Shown one piece after another: positions 43,601-55,875 of a DNA stretch of 64,000 bases. The DNA lies in the NCBI GenBank assembly GCA_009914755.4, contig CP068257.2, positions 28,736,001 to 28,800,000 on the forward strand, read 5' to 3'. Below the pieces are notes generated by a model. It made no database searches. It was not told the origin of the DNA and saw nothing but the letters and a program-made list of their open reading frames with translations. How positions within the stretch are numbered: the first letter of the stretch is position 1; each line of letters opens with the position of its first letter. Position numbers and translations under genes: made by a program. The stretch is from the human T2T-CHM13v2.0 reference genome, Homo sapiens.

Positions 43601-43867
43601 AAAGCATCACATGCTGGCGAGGCTGTCTAGAAAAGAAAAAACGTATGCACTGTTGATGAGAATGTAAATTACTTCAGCCACTATAAAAAAATAACAACTT
43701 AAAACATAGCTACAATTTGACCCAGCAATCCCATTGCAGGACATATATTCAAAAGAAAGTAAGTCATTTGACCAAAAAACAAACAAATAAACAAACAAAA
43801 CCACACATACACTCGTATGCTCATCAAAGCACCATTCACATTCGCAAAGACATGGAATTAACCTAGG

Positions 43868-46800
43868 TGTCGGAGGCATTTGAACCAACCCTCATGGCTG
43901 CTCTCCCTACGGAATAGCCATTCTTTTATTCCTTTACTTTCCTAATAAATTTGCTTTCACTCTACTCTAAAGACTTACTCGGAATTCTTTCTTGTGTGAC
44001 ACCCAAGAATCCTCTCCTGGGGTCTGGATCAGGACCTCTTTCCTGTAACATCTTTCTGGTGACCACAGAAGTGCAGAAGTGACTATAGTGGGAAACCCAT
44101 GACCCAAAGTGTAACTTTGGGTAACTGGTAGAGTCCAGTAACATCTTTTTGGTGAACCACGGAAGGGGCAATACTTAGAAGACTGCTTGATCCAAAGGAA
44201 ACAGACTGCAGCTCTGATCAGCCAACTTTGGGCAGGTGTTGGGGTACCCAGGTAAAGAATGGGATTGGGTTAGAGGCTCAAGTTAGGGGAGTTAGAGTCT
44301 CTCCTAAGACAGATTGGGTTAGACGCCCCTCTTAATAAAAGGCAAGGACGCTTGACAGACCTTGGGTTAGAAGCCCAACTTAGGAGGGTTAGAGTCCCTT
44401 TTAAGGAACCTAAGATTTAGGGGGTTAGAGGCCCCTCTCGGTGAAGTCCCTTTTCGATAAGAACTGGTTTGGCTCTATGGGATGTTAACCACTATTCTCT
44501 TTAAATTAATCTGCCTTGCCCTCTTTGCTGATGGCCATGGGTGAAAGGGTTAGCCATGTACAGATCATTATGAATATGGGGAGCTTTTTCCTCCCTCAAA
44601 AAGGGGAAACTTGAGAGCTGATGGGACTGCTGGAAAAGATCTGTTTGCCATCGACAAGCAGCCACCTAAAATTTTTAGTGTTGCTGCAATGGCTGGGTCA
44701 TTCTCTGACCTTCCTGAGTATCTCACCTTCCCCACTCTGACTCAGGCAATGCTTTCCTCCTTCTCTCTCTCCCTCTTTTTTTATTCCCTCTCTGAACAAG
44801 CAGGTTGAATGAATGGTAAAATTCACTGTTTATCTCCTGTAAAGTTTTGCTTAATGGAAAAAAGGATTTATAAGGCTAGTCTTAAGCTGTAGCAAAGGGT
44901 GTGCTTTGTGTGTCTTTCTGTATTATTCTGTCCTAATAAGGTGTACCTTAGGATAGAACATGGATTTAGGACACCCAGGTGTGTTTTTCAAGATGGCCCA
45001 GCAAACTTGTCAGTTAGAAAGTTTGACACAGGTCCCTGAAAAAACTGGATGAGATTTCCTTCTTGTCTTGTATGTCCATCTTTGGGAGCTTGGCCTTGTA
45101 ACCATGTGGCCATGCTTTCTCTTTTCACAATGGCAGACTGGGCTTAAGGTTCAATTCCTGGCTTAGAAAATGAGTCCTTTATTTTCTGTCTAAGTATTTT
45201 TTTTTTGAGATGGAGTCTTCCTGTGTTTCCCAGACTGGAGTGCAGTGGCATGATCTCGGCCCACTGCAAGCTCTGCCTCCCAGGTTCACACCATTCTCCT
45301 GCCTCAGCCTCCTGAGTAGCTGGGACTACAGGTGCCTGCCACCATGCCTGCCTAATATTTTGTATTTTTAGTAGAGATGGGGTTTCACTGTGTTAGCCAG
45401 GATGGTCTCAATCTCCTGACCTCGTGATCCGCCCACCTCAGCCTCTCAAAGTGCTGGGATTACAGGCATGAGCCACCACGCCCAGCCCTAAGTATTTTTA
45501 TGTATTATGTATGTGATGTTTGTATATGAAAAAGACTTAACTAATTGGTTTAATAACAATAAGAGCTTAAATCAAATATTTTGTCAGAAAAGTTAAAAGT
45601 GTAATGCCTTTTGGTTCCCATGACTTAAGTAATCTTTGAGAAATAAAAAACAATTTTAAAGATTATTGGCAAAATAAAAATATCTTCAAAAATGTAAACA
45701 TCTGGTCTAAATCATATACGTCAGCTATTTAGTTTGCTAAATGCTTTAAGGTTATAAACTGCTTATTTGTCTTTTAAAATTGTTCAATTCATTTTGAAGC
45801 ATTAGATTCTAGATAAGGCCTGAGGACATGTGGAATTAGCCGTGCCCCCTAGCTATGCAAGGAAGGCTATAAAGAAAGCTTTTATATAAGAAAGGATGTT
45901 GTACGGTAAATTATTGTCCTAAAGTAAAATAACTGGTTGTTTAAAAAGAGGGATGTTTAGGGCAAGTCAGAAAGTCTAAACATGTTGTACATGGCCTATG
46001 TAAGTCCTGAAAGGATTCGTGAGAGGGAATTTATGCACGAAATGTTGTACATTTAAAAGTGATTAGGCCTCCTAAATGCTTCATAAAAGGCATCTGTGAC
46101 TCTTAAATGTACAATTTGCCTGGTTTACAGCTAGGTAAAGCCTGGGACACATGGAGTTAGACACTAGGAAGAGTCAAACCTTAACTGCACTTCTGTCTGC
46201 TGTCCTAGGCTCCACGCCTAGTACATAATTAAAATCCCGAATTTAACAAAGATTTTCACGAAAAGGAAAAGTTTGTAAGAGTCAACAGTGCAACATGTGT
46301 TTGAGACTACCAAAAAAACCCAATTTTACACACAAGTCATGTCAGGAAAGTAGGATGTACTTTTGGTAAAAGAGTATAAGAAGACATAGAAATGTGAATT
46401 TCTTGCCTATGGTTAGAGAGTTAAGAATTGTTTTAAGCTAAATAGGATAAAGATGAAGGTTTTAGCAAGTTGTGGAAGGTTTGTGAAAATGAAAAATTAA
46501 TTGTAAAAGAGATTCTGTGTGTGAACATATTGGCTAAAGTTAAAGGGGCATTACTCAGTTTTTCCATAAATTAAACATTGGAATAAAAGCACAGCAGGTT
46601 GTTCCTAAAGCAAAAGCCTGCATATAATCTGCTCTTTAACAAACATTGTAAAGAATTTAAAAAGGTTTATGAGGATCTTACCTTATGGTCAAACTGATTA
46701 CAATTGGATAGATTTATTTATATAAGGTTTTATAAAGAATTGGGTTTGACATCAATAATGCGTTAATGCAACAGTGACATTTGGCTTATTTGGTATAAAA

Positions 46801-49134
46801 ATTATACGAAAAGCATTCTCAAATGTGAAATGGTGTTTGGCTTTCTTTGGGCTGTATTTGCATAAATGTTTCATTGGTATATGTTCCAAAATAATGGGAA
46901 AGCCCTATAATTCTAATATGACTTAGTATATATTATTAATAATTATAATTGTCATTGTATGGCACAGAGGTAACCAAATTTCTCTGTCAATCATGTTTTT
47001 GACTGTGGCTGTCCTAAGACGTTTTGTCACCTACAGATAATTGTTGTCTCATTTTAGTCCTCTTTAGAAGGTGGTTTTATAGTCAGCTACAGAACTCCAA
47101 CAGGTACACTTGAATACAGATTTCTGATAACTTTAGAGACTGTGACATCAGAACAGAGAAAACAACTTCCAGAAGTCTCATGGAGAGCTAAAATGTTCAT
47201 GAATATCAAGCAGAACAGAAATTAACTTCATGGAATAAACTGAAGAAGTCTAAAGTAATCCGTTTATCTTTTTGCTTAAAACATTGCTGATTCTTTGTTT
47301 TGTTTTTCAGAATGAAGGAAATTTTTCTTTAGAGCTATTTACAGCCTTTGACAATTGAGTAGAGTATACTCCTGTGAACAAAATTTGGAGCATATTTGTT
47401 TCTCTCTAGCTGATTTCTCCAGAATTTGGAAACACATATTTGTGAGTATTCTTAATTTATGGTTATATGGTTATTTGCATAAGTTCAGTAAGAATCTGTT
47501 TTCTTTTGCAGCAGGACACCATTGGAGAAACTGGTTATTTTACCACAGCTTTGTCTGGAATGGTGTGTTTTCCTTTAAGGAATCAAACTTGACTTGTAAA
47601 GCCTATAAAAGCCCCTGGGAACCTGGCCTTACACCTTGTCTACCATAGTCCCTTATAGGGTTTGTGACCTGTGGTAAGTGAAGAATGTCACTCTCTAACA
47701 GGTCCAGGAGCCCCAAGTTATCTTGGGACCCCAAGAGGAGAGGAATTTACTCAACTCATAGATATTTGAAGGTGCAAACCCATGTCTGGGCTGGGCTCTT
47801 AAAAAGTCTTACCTACGAGTCCTTCTATGGAGCAGAGTTCCATCAAAGACAATTTAAAAAGAGTTTATGTAACAAAATAATTATTCTTTCTGCCATTTAT
47901 ACAAATAATCAGGCCAAGTATAATAAAGCCAATAAGTCTTATCATGATTTGTCTTTAGTAAAAATGAAAAACTGGAGAGAGAAATATTATGTTTCCAGAA
48001 CTATGGTACAGTTGTTATTAAATTCTCATCTCATCAGTTGTTTATAACTTTGTTTCTGCAATGTAGGCTAACCCTACTTATTCTTGCGTACCAACCAGTG
48101 ATCTCTAACTGCTGCTCAGAAAAAACAAGAAGGATGGGTAATGTAAAAATCTAAATCAGTTAATTCTGGGCACATTGCAAATAGCTAGCAACCCCACATC
48201 AGCTTGGTTCCACCTGTTGCCCAGTTCATGAAAAGTCTTCTAATTTAGTTTGTTTGGGATAATTTTACTTGTTTTGCTTTATTCTTGTGGAATATATTGC
48301 TGTTGTACTCTTGGTATAGGAATGCAGAATAAGCTTACTAAATGTTTTCTTAAATTGAACACTTAATTAATCTCCCAGATATCACCTTTTGTCAGAACTC
48401 AAGAGTTATAAATGACCCTCAGCATACCAACTCTTTCTAACTGAGCTCCTCTCTACCCTGAACACAAGAGACCCTAATGGTTAGGCAGGAATATCATCGC
48501 CCGTATTCAGCCTGAAGATGTTACAGAAGATGGATCTTCATCCCTCAGCAACCCTTAGGATTAAGAGTTTTCTTATAAAAGTGGGGGAAATAGCAGAGGC
48601 GTTTGAAGCAGAGCTACTCCATCTTGAATAGGAGCTGGGTTAAATAAGGGTGAGATCTACTGGGCTGCATTTCCAGATGGTTAAGGCACTCTAAGTCTCA
48701 GGATGAGACAGGAAGTTGGCACAAGATACAGGTTATAAAGACCTTGCTGATAAAACAGGTTGCAGTAAAGATGCCAGCTAAAACCCAGCAAAACCAAAAT
48801 GGAGACGAGAGTGACCTCTGGTCATACTCACTGCTACATTCCCACCAGCGCCATGACAGTTTACGGATGCCATGGAAGCATCAGGAAGTTACCCTTTATG
48901 GTCTAAAAAGGGGAGACAGGAATAATTCACCCCTTGTCTAGCATATACTCAAGAAATTACCATAAAAATGGGCAACCAGCAGCCCTCGGGGCTGCTCTGC
49001 CTATGGAGTAGCCGTTCTTTTATTCCTTTGCTTTCCTAATAAACTTGCTTTCACTTTAAAGACTTGTCCTGAATTCTTTCTTGTGCAAGATCTAATAACT
49101 CTCTCTTGCGTCTGGATTGGGACCTCTTTCAGGT
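43868..49134 (+). mobile_element. ERV class-I-type LTR element (LTRs resemble HERV9/LTR12-type from memory) nested in the L1. 5' LTR 43868-~44057 carries a U3 internal deletion. 3' LTR ~48591-49130. The ~4.5-kb internal region is non-coding.
   Basis: The LTR ends are shared (…cctaataaa(t/c)ttgctttcac…gaattctttcttgtg…ctctc(c/t)tg(g/c)gtctggat(c/t)(a/g)ggacctctttc). The 3' LTR is preceded by a purine tract, 'aaaagtggggga'. Its U3 contains 'gacagtttacggatgccatggaagcatcaggaagttaccctttatggtctaaaaagggg'. The host L1 is duplicated 'ggtg(tc)' at both junctions. The largest internal ORFs are 97 and 120 aa with no gag/pol similarity. A run of about 40-bp 'gggttagag(g/t)c' tandem repeats lies at about 44270-44450. 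Confidence 0.65.
45197..45489 (-). mobile_element. Alu inserted inside the LTR element's internal region
   Basis: A poly-T run is followed by gagatggagtcttcctgtgtttcccagactggagtgcagtggcatgatctcggcccactgcaagctc...gcatgagccaccacgcccagccc. Confidence 0.9.
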
Positions 49135-49557
49135 GTCCATCAGCAGTGGATTGGATAAAGAAAATATGGTACGTATACACGATGAAATACTTAGAGCCAT
49201 AAAAAAGAACAAAATCAAGTTCTTTGCAGCATCAGGAATGCAGCTGGAGGCTATCATCCTAAGTGAATTTAAAGCAGGAACAAAAAAAACAAATACCATA
49301 TCTTGTTACTTACAAGTGGGAGTTAAACATTTGGTACTTATGGGCATGCAGATGGCTACAATAAACAATGGGAACTTCTAGAGTGGGGAGAGAAGAAAGG
49401 GGCAAGGATTAAAAACTGGTTGGGTACTATACTCAGTACCTAAGTGATGGGATCAATTGTACCCCAACCCTCAGCATCATGCAATATACCCATGTTATCA
49501 ACCTGCACATGTGTCACTTGAATCTAAGATAAAAGTTGATTTTTTATTTTCAAAAAA

Positions 49558-50465
49558 GAAGGCGAACAATACATAGGAAATTACCAATACTAATAACTAC
49601 TTTGGGAATACGTAAAAAAATTCAACTTTAGTATCAATAAAAATATAACAATAATGAGGGAAAAATAAACACTAAACAAAAGATTCCATGGGTATGGCCA
49701 ATAAACATAAAAAAGGTGTATAAAAATCACTAGTCACCAAATAAATGCAACTTAAAACCACAGTGAGATGCCACTTAGCAAATGGCTGAAAGAAATATGG
49801 CAAATGTTGGTGACGATGGAGTTCGTAGGCGTCTAGGAAATTGCTGGTGGGATAGTAAAATAATGAAACTAACTTTGGAAAACTGTTTGGCAATTTCTAA
49901 TTTAGTTGAGCATATGCCGACTCTATGGTCCAGAAATTTCATTCATGGTTTTCTTCCCCCCGAGAAAAAACTAAAAACATATGTTCACAAAAAGAAACTG
50001 GAACAATCAATATTCATTGTGCTCTATTTTTTAAATCTTGAGAAAATTTGATGTCAGTCAATAGATGAAAGAATACACACATTGTGATATTATTAACAAA
50101 AGGGAATATACGGCACCAATAAAATGAATAAAACATATCACCACATGAAGCTTTTCGAAAACATTAAGTTGAGTGAAAAAAGATGCATATGATAAAAAAA
50201 ATGTATGATTTCATTTTTATGAAGTTCTAGAAGAAGCAAGTTAATGTATGGTGATAGCAATCACTACAGTAGCTGTGTCTGGGGTCAGGAATTGATTTAA
50301 GAAAGGAACATGAGTGAATTTTCTGGAGTGAAGAAATTTTCTGTATTTTGATCAGGTAGTCATTACACAGGTGTGTATATTCATCAAAGACAACAAGCTC
50401 TACCCTTTGAAATATGTGCATTTCATGGTATGTAAATATTGATTGAATAAAAAATATTATTTAAA
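49558..50465 (+). mobile_element. L1M-type L1 3' fragment (ORF2 C-terminal region and 3'UTR). It is probably the distal half of an older L1 into which the 38560-49555 L1 inserted.
   Basis: 'aaaaccacagtgagatgccacttagcaaatggctgaaag...gttggtgacgatggag...attgctggtgggatagtaaaataatgaaact...ctttggaaaactgtttggcaatttc' matches the L1M ORF2 end consensus (aaaccacaatgagataccacttcacacc...tgttggcgaggatgtggag...attgctggtgggaatgtaaaatggtgcagc...). The proximal counterpart is L1-like sequence at about 37850-38560. Confidence 0.55.
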
Positions 50466-50604
50466 AACAGAGGTATTCTTATAGATATACCTCTGCTTAA
50501 AAATATTTAATGGCTTCTTGTTGGTTTTAGAAGAATGTCTGCAACACCAAATTACAACTCTAAGGACCTGCCTAGAATGGCTCCAAAATACCTCTGTGGC
50601 CTAA

Positions 50605-50982
<378 letters not shown>

Positions 50983-53900
50983 ACATCTCAAAACTTTTGT
51001 CCTAGAAACACTTCTGGTACCACTTACTGATTCCATACTTATTGTTTCAATCTCTTTTAAATGTTAGTCCTCTGAGAAACATTTCCTGACTTCTAAGACT
51101 AAGTAAAGTTCCCTTGATGTATATTATTTTAGCAAAAAACCAGCTCATTATTTTTGTAATTAAACAATTGTTTAATATTTACTTCATCTGTTAGACTTTC
51201 AGCCCAGCTAGAACAGAGACCACGCGTTTTCTTAATTCATTTATTATGGAGTAATGAATGAATATAATCTTATTTTTAAAAATATATTCAGCAATATATT
51301 TCCACAGCAAAGATTCTGGTTCATGGTAAAGGCTGAATAAATATATTGTGAAAAAGGGTGGTACTGACAAAACATTTGACGATGTATTCTGAGACATGAC
51401 TAATAAAAAACAGTCAAACAAACATGGGGTCAGGGTGTTGAGGAGGACAAAGCTGCTCTCTGTAGCCACTCATGAGGTATGCATTAATGAATAGAAATTG
51501 TTGAAATCAAATGCCTAGAAATGATTTGTGAGAGAATTTCCTGGAAAACTGGTTACATTAAGTCTTGGAAATCAGAACTGCAAACCAGTTGGTAGGCAGA
51601 TGACCAGTAGCTTCTAAGATTATAATTGCATGGGCAGTAGTTGCTTGGGAACTAAACTCCTGGGTTCAAAATGCATAGCGCAAGCATCTGTCAAAGTATG
51701 CAGCAGGAGGAAGCTGGAAGAATGGAGGCAACTAGATGTAGTCCAAATAAGTGCCAGCCGATTTCCTGTTAATCATGTAGAATGGGATCAACTTGGTGAC
51801 AATCAGAAGACTGTAATTCACTATGCTATATGCAGTTGCTGAAATAGAGAATAAAAGCTGCATTCTGGGAAATTTAGAGTGTTGCTAGAGATTTGGAATG
51901 GGAGAGGGTGGATGTTTCCTAACTGGTAATGACATGATATCAACTCAGGAGTTACAAGTCTCTCGTGATAAAATAATAAAACTTTCTTGTTTTGACTATC
52001 AGCTAGAAATGGTACCTTTATATAATAACCGGGGCAATTGTGGTATAAGTTCAGAGTCCCCATCATTGAGTTTTGATCATTTGTTTGTGAGCACTCTATT
52101 ATACTGCTATCTATCTGTGATCAATCTATCTTTGAGTTATTTTCTAAATTTGCATGTTTACTAGTTTTGGTAGGCAGAATAATGGCTCCTAAAAGATGTT
52201 CAAATTCTAAATTCTGGAATTTGTAAATATGTTCCTTCACATGGCAAAGAAGAATTAAAGTTACAGATGAAATTAAGCTTGCTAAAACAGGGTGAGTATC
52301 TTGGATTACCCAGCCGAACCCAATGTAATTGTAAGTATGAAGTGGGAGGTAAAGGCAGAAAAGTAGGTCTAAGCGATCCACTATGAAAATGATTGGACTC
52401 ACCACTGCTGTCTTTGGAGACAGAGGAATGGGACCATGAACCAAAAAATGTAGGTGGCCTCTAGAACATCCATCTCCAAACTTTTTGGTACCAGGGACAG
52501 GTTTCCTGAAAGAGTTTTTCCACAGATTGGAGCAGGTGGGGAGGGATGGTTTGGGGATGATTCAAGCACATTCCATTTATTGTGCACTTTATTTCTATTA
52601 TTATTACATTGTAATATATCATGAAATAACAATACAACTCACCAGAATGTAGAACTGGTGGGAGACCTGGGCTCGTTTTTCTGCAAATAGATGGTCCCAT
52701 CTTCAGATGATGGAAGACAGATCATCAGGCATTAGATTCTCATAAGGAATGCGCAACCAAGATCTCTCGCATGTGCAGTTCACAACAGGGTTTGTGCTCT
52801 GATGAGAATCTAATGCTACTGCTGATCTGACAGGAGGTGGAGCTCAGGCAGTAACAATTGCTCAACTGCCACTCACCTCCTGCTGGGCTGCCTGGTTCCT
52901 AACATGCCATGGACCAGTACCAGTTCATGGCCCGGAGGTTGGGGACACCTTCTCTAGAATCTGTAAAAAGCAAGGAAATAGATTCTCCCTTAGAGCCTCT
53001 GGAAAGAAACTCAGCCCTGCTAATACTTTGATTTAGCCCAGTGAGGTCATCAATTCATCAGATTTTGACCTACAGAATTAAAAGATAATAAATTTGTATT
53101 GCTTAAAACTCTAAGTTTAATCTAATTTGCTATGGCAGTAATAGGAAACCAAGATTAAAGTGTATTCCTGAAAGCCAGAAAACCATTCCTGCATCTGCAA
53201 TTTGGAGACAGTAACAGAGGAAACCTCAGCCTGGCCAATAAGCTATAGGTGCTCCTCATTAAACCCTTACCATTGCCTATGTTTTGGGGATATAAGGCTT
53301 GATCATTACTCTTGAGTAAATATTATGAGCATGGGACTAACTAGAATCACTAAAATTCAAAAAATCCATGAAGTTATAAAAAGGACCAAGTTTATAGAGG
53401 ATTTCACAGTTTGTCATTTTAATTTTTGTAACTCAATCACTGATAATTTTTCCTATGCATTTTCTTTCATTATTCCTTATTTCTTTCCTCTAACTATATA
53501 AGCACCATGACTATTTCCTAAACATGATGGAGGAGAAGGAGGAGGGAGAAGAAGAAGAAGAGGAAAATAGGGAGCAAATGACGGAAGTGAGGAGATAAGA
53601 GAAAATGTCACAGCTGGATAGATCCAATAAAATAAATTGGGTGGAATAAAGTAGTTCTACTCACAGCTCTACAATAACTTGCTGAGTAACATTTTAAAAT
53701 TCTATCTAACGCTACTGTTTCCATTTCCACCTCTGTAGAATAAGAATATTGAAGTCGATGAACTCTACAGCTCTCTTTATATTTCATATTTTATCACATT
53801 CGCAGTAAAAGAGGAAGAGAACATGATGAGATGACTGTTATGTACTTATAAGACTAAGTTTTTTGCGAAGTGTCTAATAATCTGCATTATATTTCTAATT

Positions 53901-54909
53901 TCAGAGAATGTTAGAAGATCTTATAAAATAAAGAATAGGAAAATACTTGAACATTGCTTGTTTTATATAAATATTATGTCTCCCATTACCATCGTATTGT
54001 CTTAGTACCTTACTTTTTATAACACTTGGATGTAAGAGAGCAGAACAGCATAAGTACAGTCTATCCAATTTTATTTCAAGATACGACAAAAAACAATCAT
54101 TTTTGATGATAGTAAAGGCTTCAGAGTTTTCAATTAGATTCAGTTTATATTTTGGCAAAGAACCCAGGTACAACTAACACCTGCTGAGCCTACTTCCTTC
54201 CCATCAAAGTTTGTTGCCTGCCTTTTTAAACAAATGGAGATCATTTGAGCAGATTGAAAACAGTAATTGGGGTTCAGGGATTTAGCTAATTAAAAATAAG
54301 TGATACTCCTGCACTATGATACCTGAAGCTCATAGGTGCTCTTTTCTAAACATTTACATCCATGTGTTAGTCTTCCATTTTAATATACTTCATGAACAGG
54401 CCTAATCATATAAGTATGAATTTTGTTCATGTACTCTTCAAACTTTTCTGTTACATTCTGTCCTTAGAGATGCATGGCATATTCAAGGAATGAACAAGGA
54501 TAGTCAATGCTCTTAATACTATCAGTAACTTACTTTTTATAACGCTTTGATGTGAGAGAACAGAACAGTATAAATACAGCCTATCCAATTTTATTTCAAG
54601 ATACAACCCAAACAATCATTTTTGATGATTCTGATGAAAGGTTATCATCAAAAATGATAGCAAAGGCTATCTTAACTATCCTGACGAGGATACTTAAGAG
54701 AAAGGCTATCCTTGGAAACTGTGAGAATCCCGGAAACTCCTGCTTAAAGAGGAGGAAAATATCTAAAGCCCAACCAAAATTAGTGTGGAGATCCCACAAT
54801 CTGGGCATTGCAAAGCCCATTACCAGAAGCAATGACAATGCACATCCTAGACAATGCTTTACTAATAAATAGCAATATTAACAGCACATTTGGACAGAAG
54901 AATAAAGAG

Positions 54910-54915
54910 TTTATT
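54910..54915 (-). terminator. candidate polyadenylation signal (AATAAA on minus strand) for KRTAP13-3
   Basis: 'tttatt' on the + strand. I see no canonical AATAAA or ATTAAA on the minus strand between 55270 and 54916, so the 3'UTR would be about 360 nt. Confidence 0.35.
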
Positions 54916-55270
54916 AAAATAAAATCTTTTTCACTTCCTATCTCTTTTGGAAAGAAATACAAAAACTATAAATTATATCTATAATGCAGTTTGGATCACT
55001 CATTGATCCAATGGCTTCAGATATCTGAATTATAAAATCCATGCCTTCCCTTCCCAGAGTTATAGATCCAGATTGATCCAGTTATAGATTATTCATTGAT
55101 CCAAACTGCAGTTTGACAGAACTAACATACAACCCAGTTTTTGAGGGCTGGAAAGTAAGGAAGACCTGGTGATCAATAATATTAGAATACTTCTCAAAGG
55201 AAGAAATTAACAGATGACCTTACTAAAGAATATGCATTTCTCAAATGAGTTTTACCAGTCACCACATTAG

Positions 55271-55789
55271 TCAGTAGAAACCAGATCTACAGAATGGCTG
55301 ATAACAAGATGAATGGAACCACCTTCTAGGTGGAAAATAGATTGGATGGCAGAATCTGGATCTATAACTCTGGGAAGGGGAGGTATGGATTCTATAATTC
55401 AGATATCTGAAGCCATTGGATCCACAGCCCAGTGAGGAGCAGCTCCTGGATCCACAGCTCAGGGAGCAGCAGCTATTGGATCCAAAACCCCGAGACCCAA
55501 CATGCATAGTCAGGCAAGAATTGCAGAGCATGTGAGTCCTGGGGTAGTAGCAGGAGGTGTGGCAGGGGCTGGACTCAACACACAATGTCTGACAGCTGTT
55601 GGGCCTCCAGCAGGTCTCCTGACAGCCCCTATAGAGAGAGGAACCCAGCTGGCAGGTGCTGGGAGAGCAGAGGTCAGTGCTGTAGACCAGGTTGCTGGGG
55701 TAGGAAGAGCCACAGGAGGAGCCTGGGTAGTGCAAGTAACCCCCGTGGGAGCAGGAGGAGAAGTTTCTAGAGCAACAGTTGTAGGACAT
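55271..55789 (-). CDS. KRTAP13-3: keratin-associated protein 13-3, intronless, 172 aa
   Basis: This is ORF-track ORF 55271..55789(-), 172 aa, starting MSYNCCSRNFSSCSHGGYLHYP... with a C-terminus ...CRSGFY. It is clearly paralogous to the other three but more diverged. Length and position fit KRTAP13-3. Confidence 0.8.
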   Translation of the reverse strand: MSYNCCSRNFSSCSHGGYLHYPGSSCGSSYPSNLVYSTDLCSPSTCQLGSSLYRGCQETCWRPNSCQTLCVESSPCHTSCYYPRTHMLCNSCLTMHVGSRGFGSNSCCSLSCGSRSCSSLGCGSNGFRYLNYRIHTSPSQSYRSRFCHPIYFPPRRWFHSSCYQPFCRSGFY

Positions 55790-55867
55790 GTTGACGGGAA
55801 GATGTGAGTTCAGCTGAGTGTACCTGGGAAGATTCTGAGTTTTAACGTGGCATCCTGGACAGTGTCA

Positions 55868-55875
55868 TTTATATC
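55868..55875 (-). promoter_or_regulatory. TATA box of KRTAP13-3 (minus-strand GGATATAAATG)
   Basis: The + strand reads 'catttatatcc' at 55866-55876. The reverse complement, 'ggatataaatg', lies about 80 nt upstream of ATG 55789 and is preceded by 'gcaccacacctattgctgagagg', identical to the KRTAP13-4 promoter. Confidence 0.65.

Larger units (their letters stand above)
38560..49555 (+). mobile_element. old primate L1 (L1PB/L1MA-like), near full length but with internal deletions, interrupted by an Alu (40559-40650) and a 5.3-kb LTR element (43868-49134)
   Basis: ORF 39219..39437 resembles the L1 ORF1p N-terminus. ORF 42237..42470 (…[39 protein letters not shown]…) matches the L1 ORF2 RT motif (…[24 protein letters not shown]…). 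The L1 3'UTR resumes exactly after the LTR element ('catcagcagtggattggataaagaaaatatggtac...atgcaatatacccatgttatcaacctgcacatgtg'). The 5' boundary is uncertain by a few hundred bp. Confidence 0.75.
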
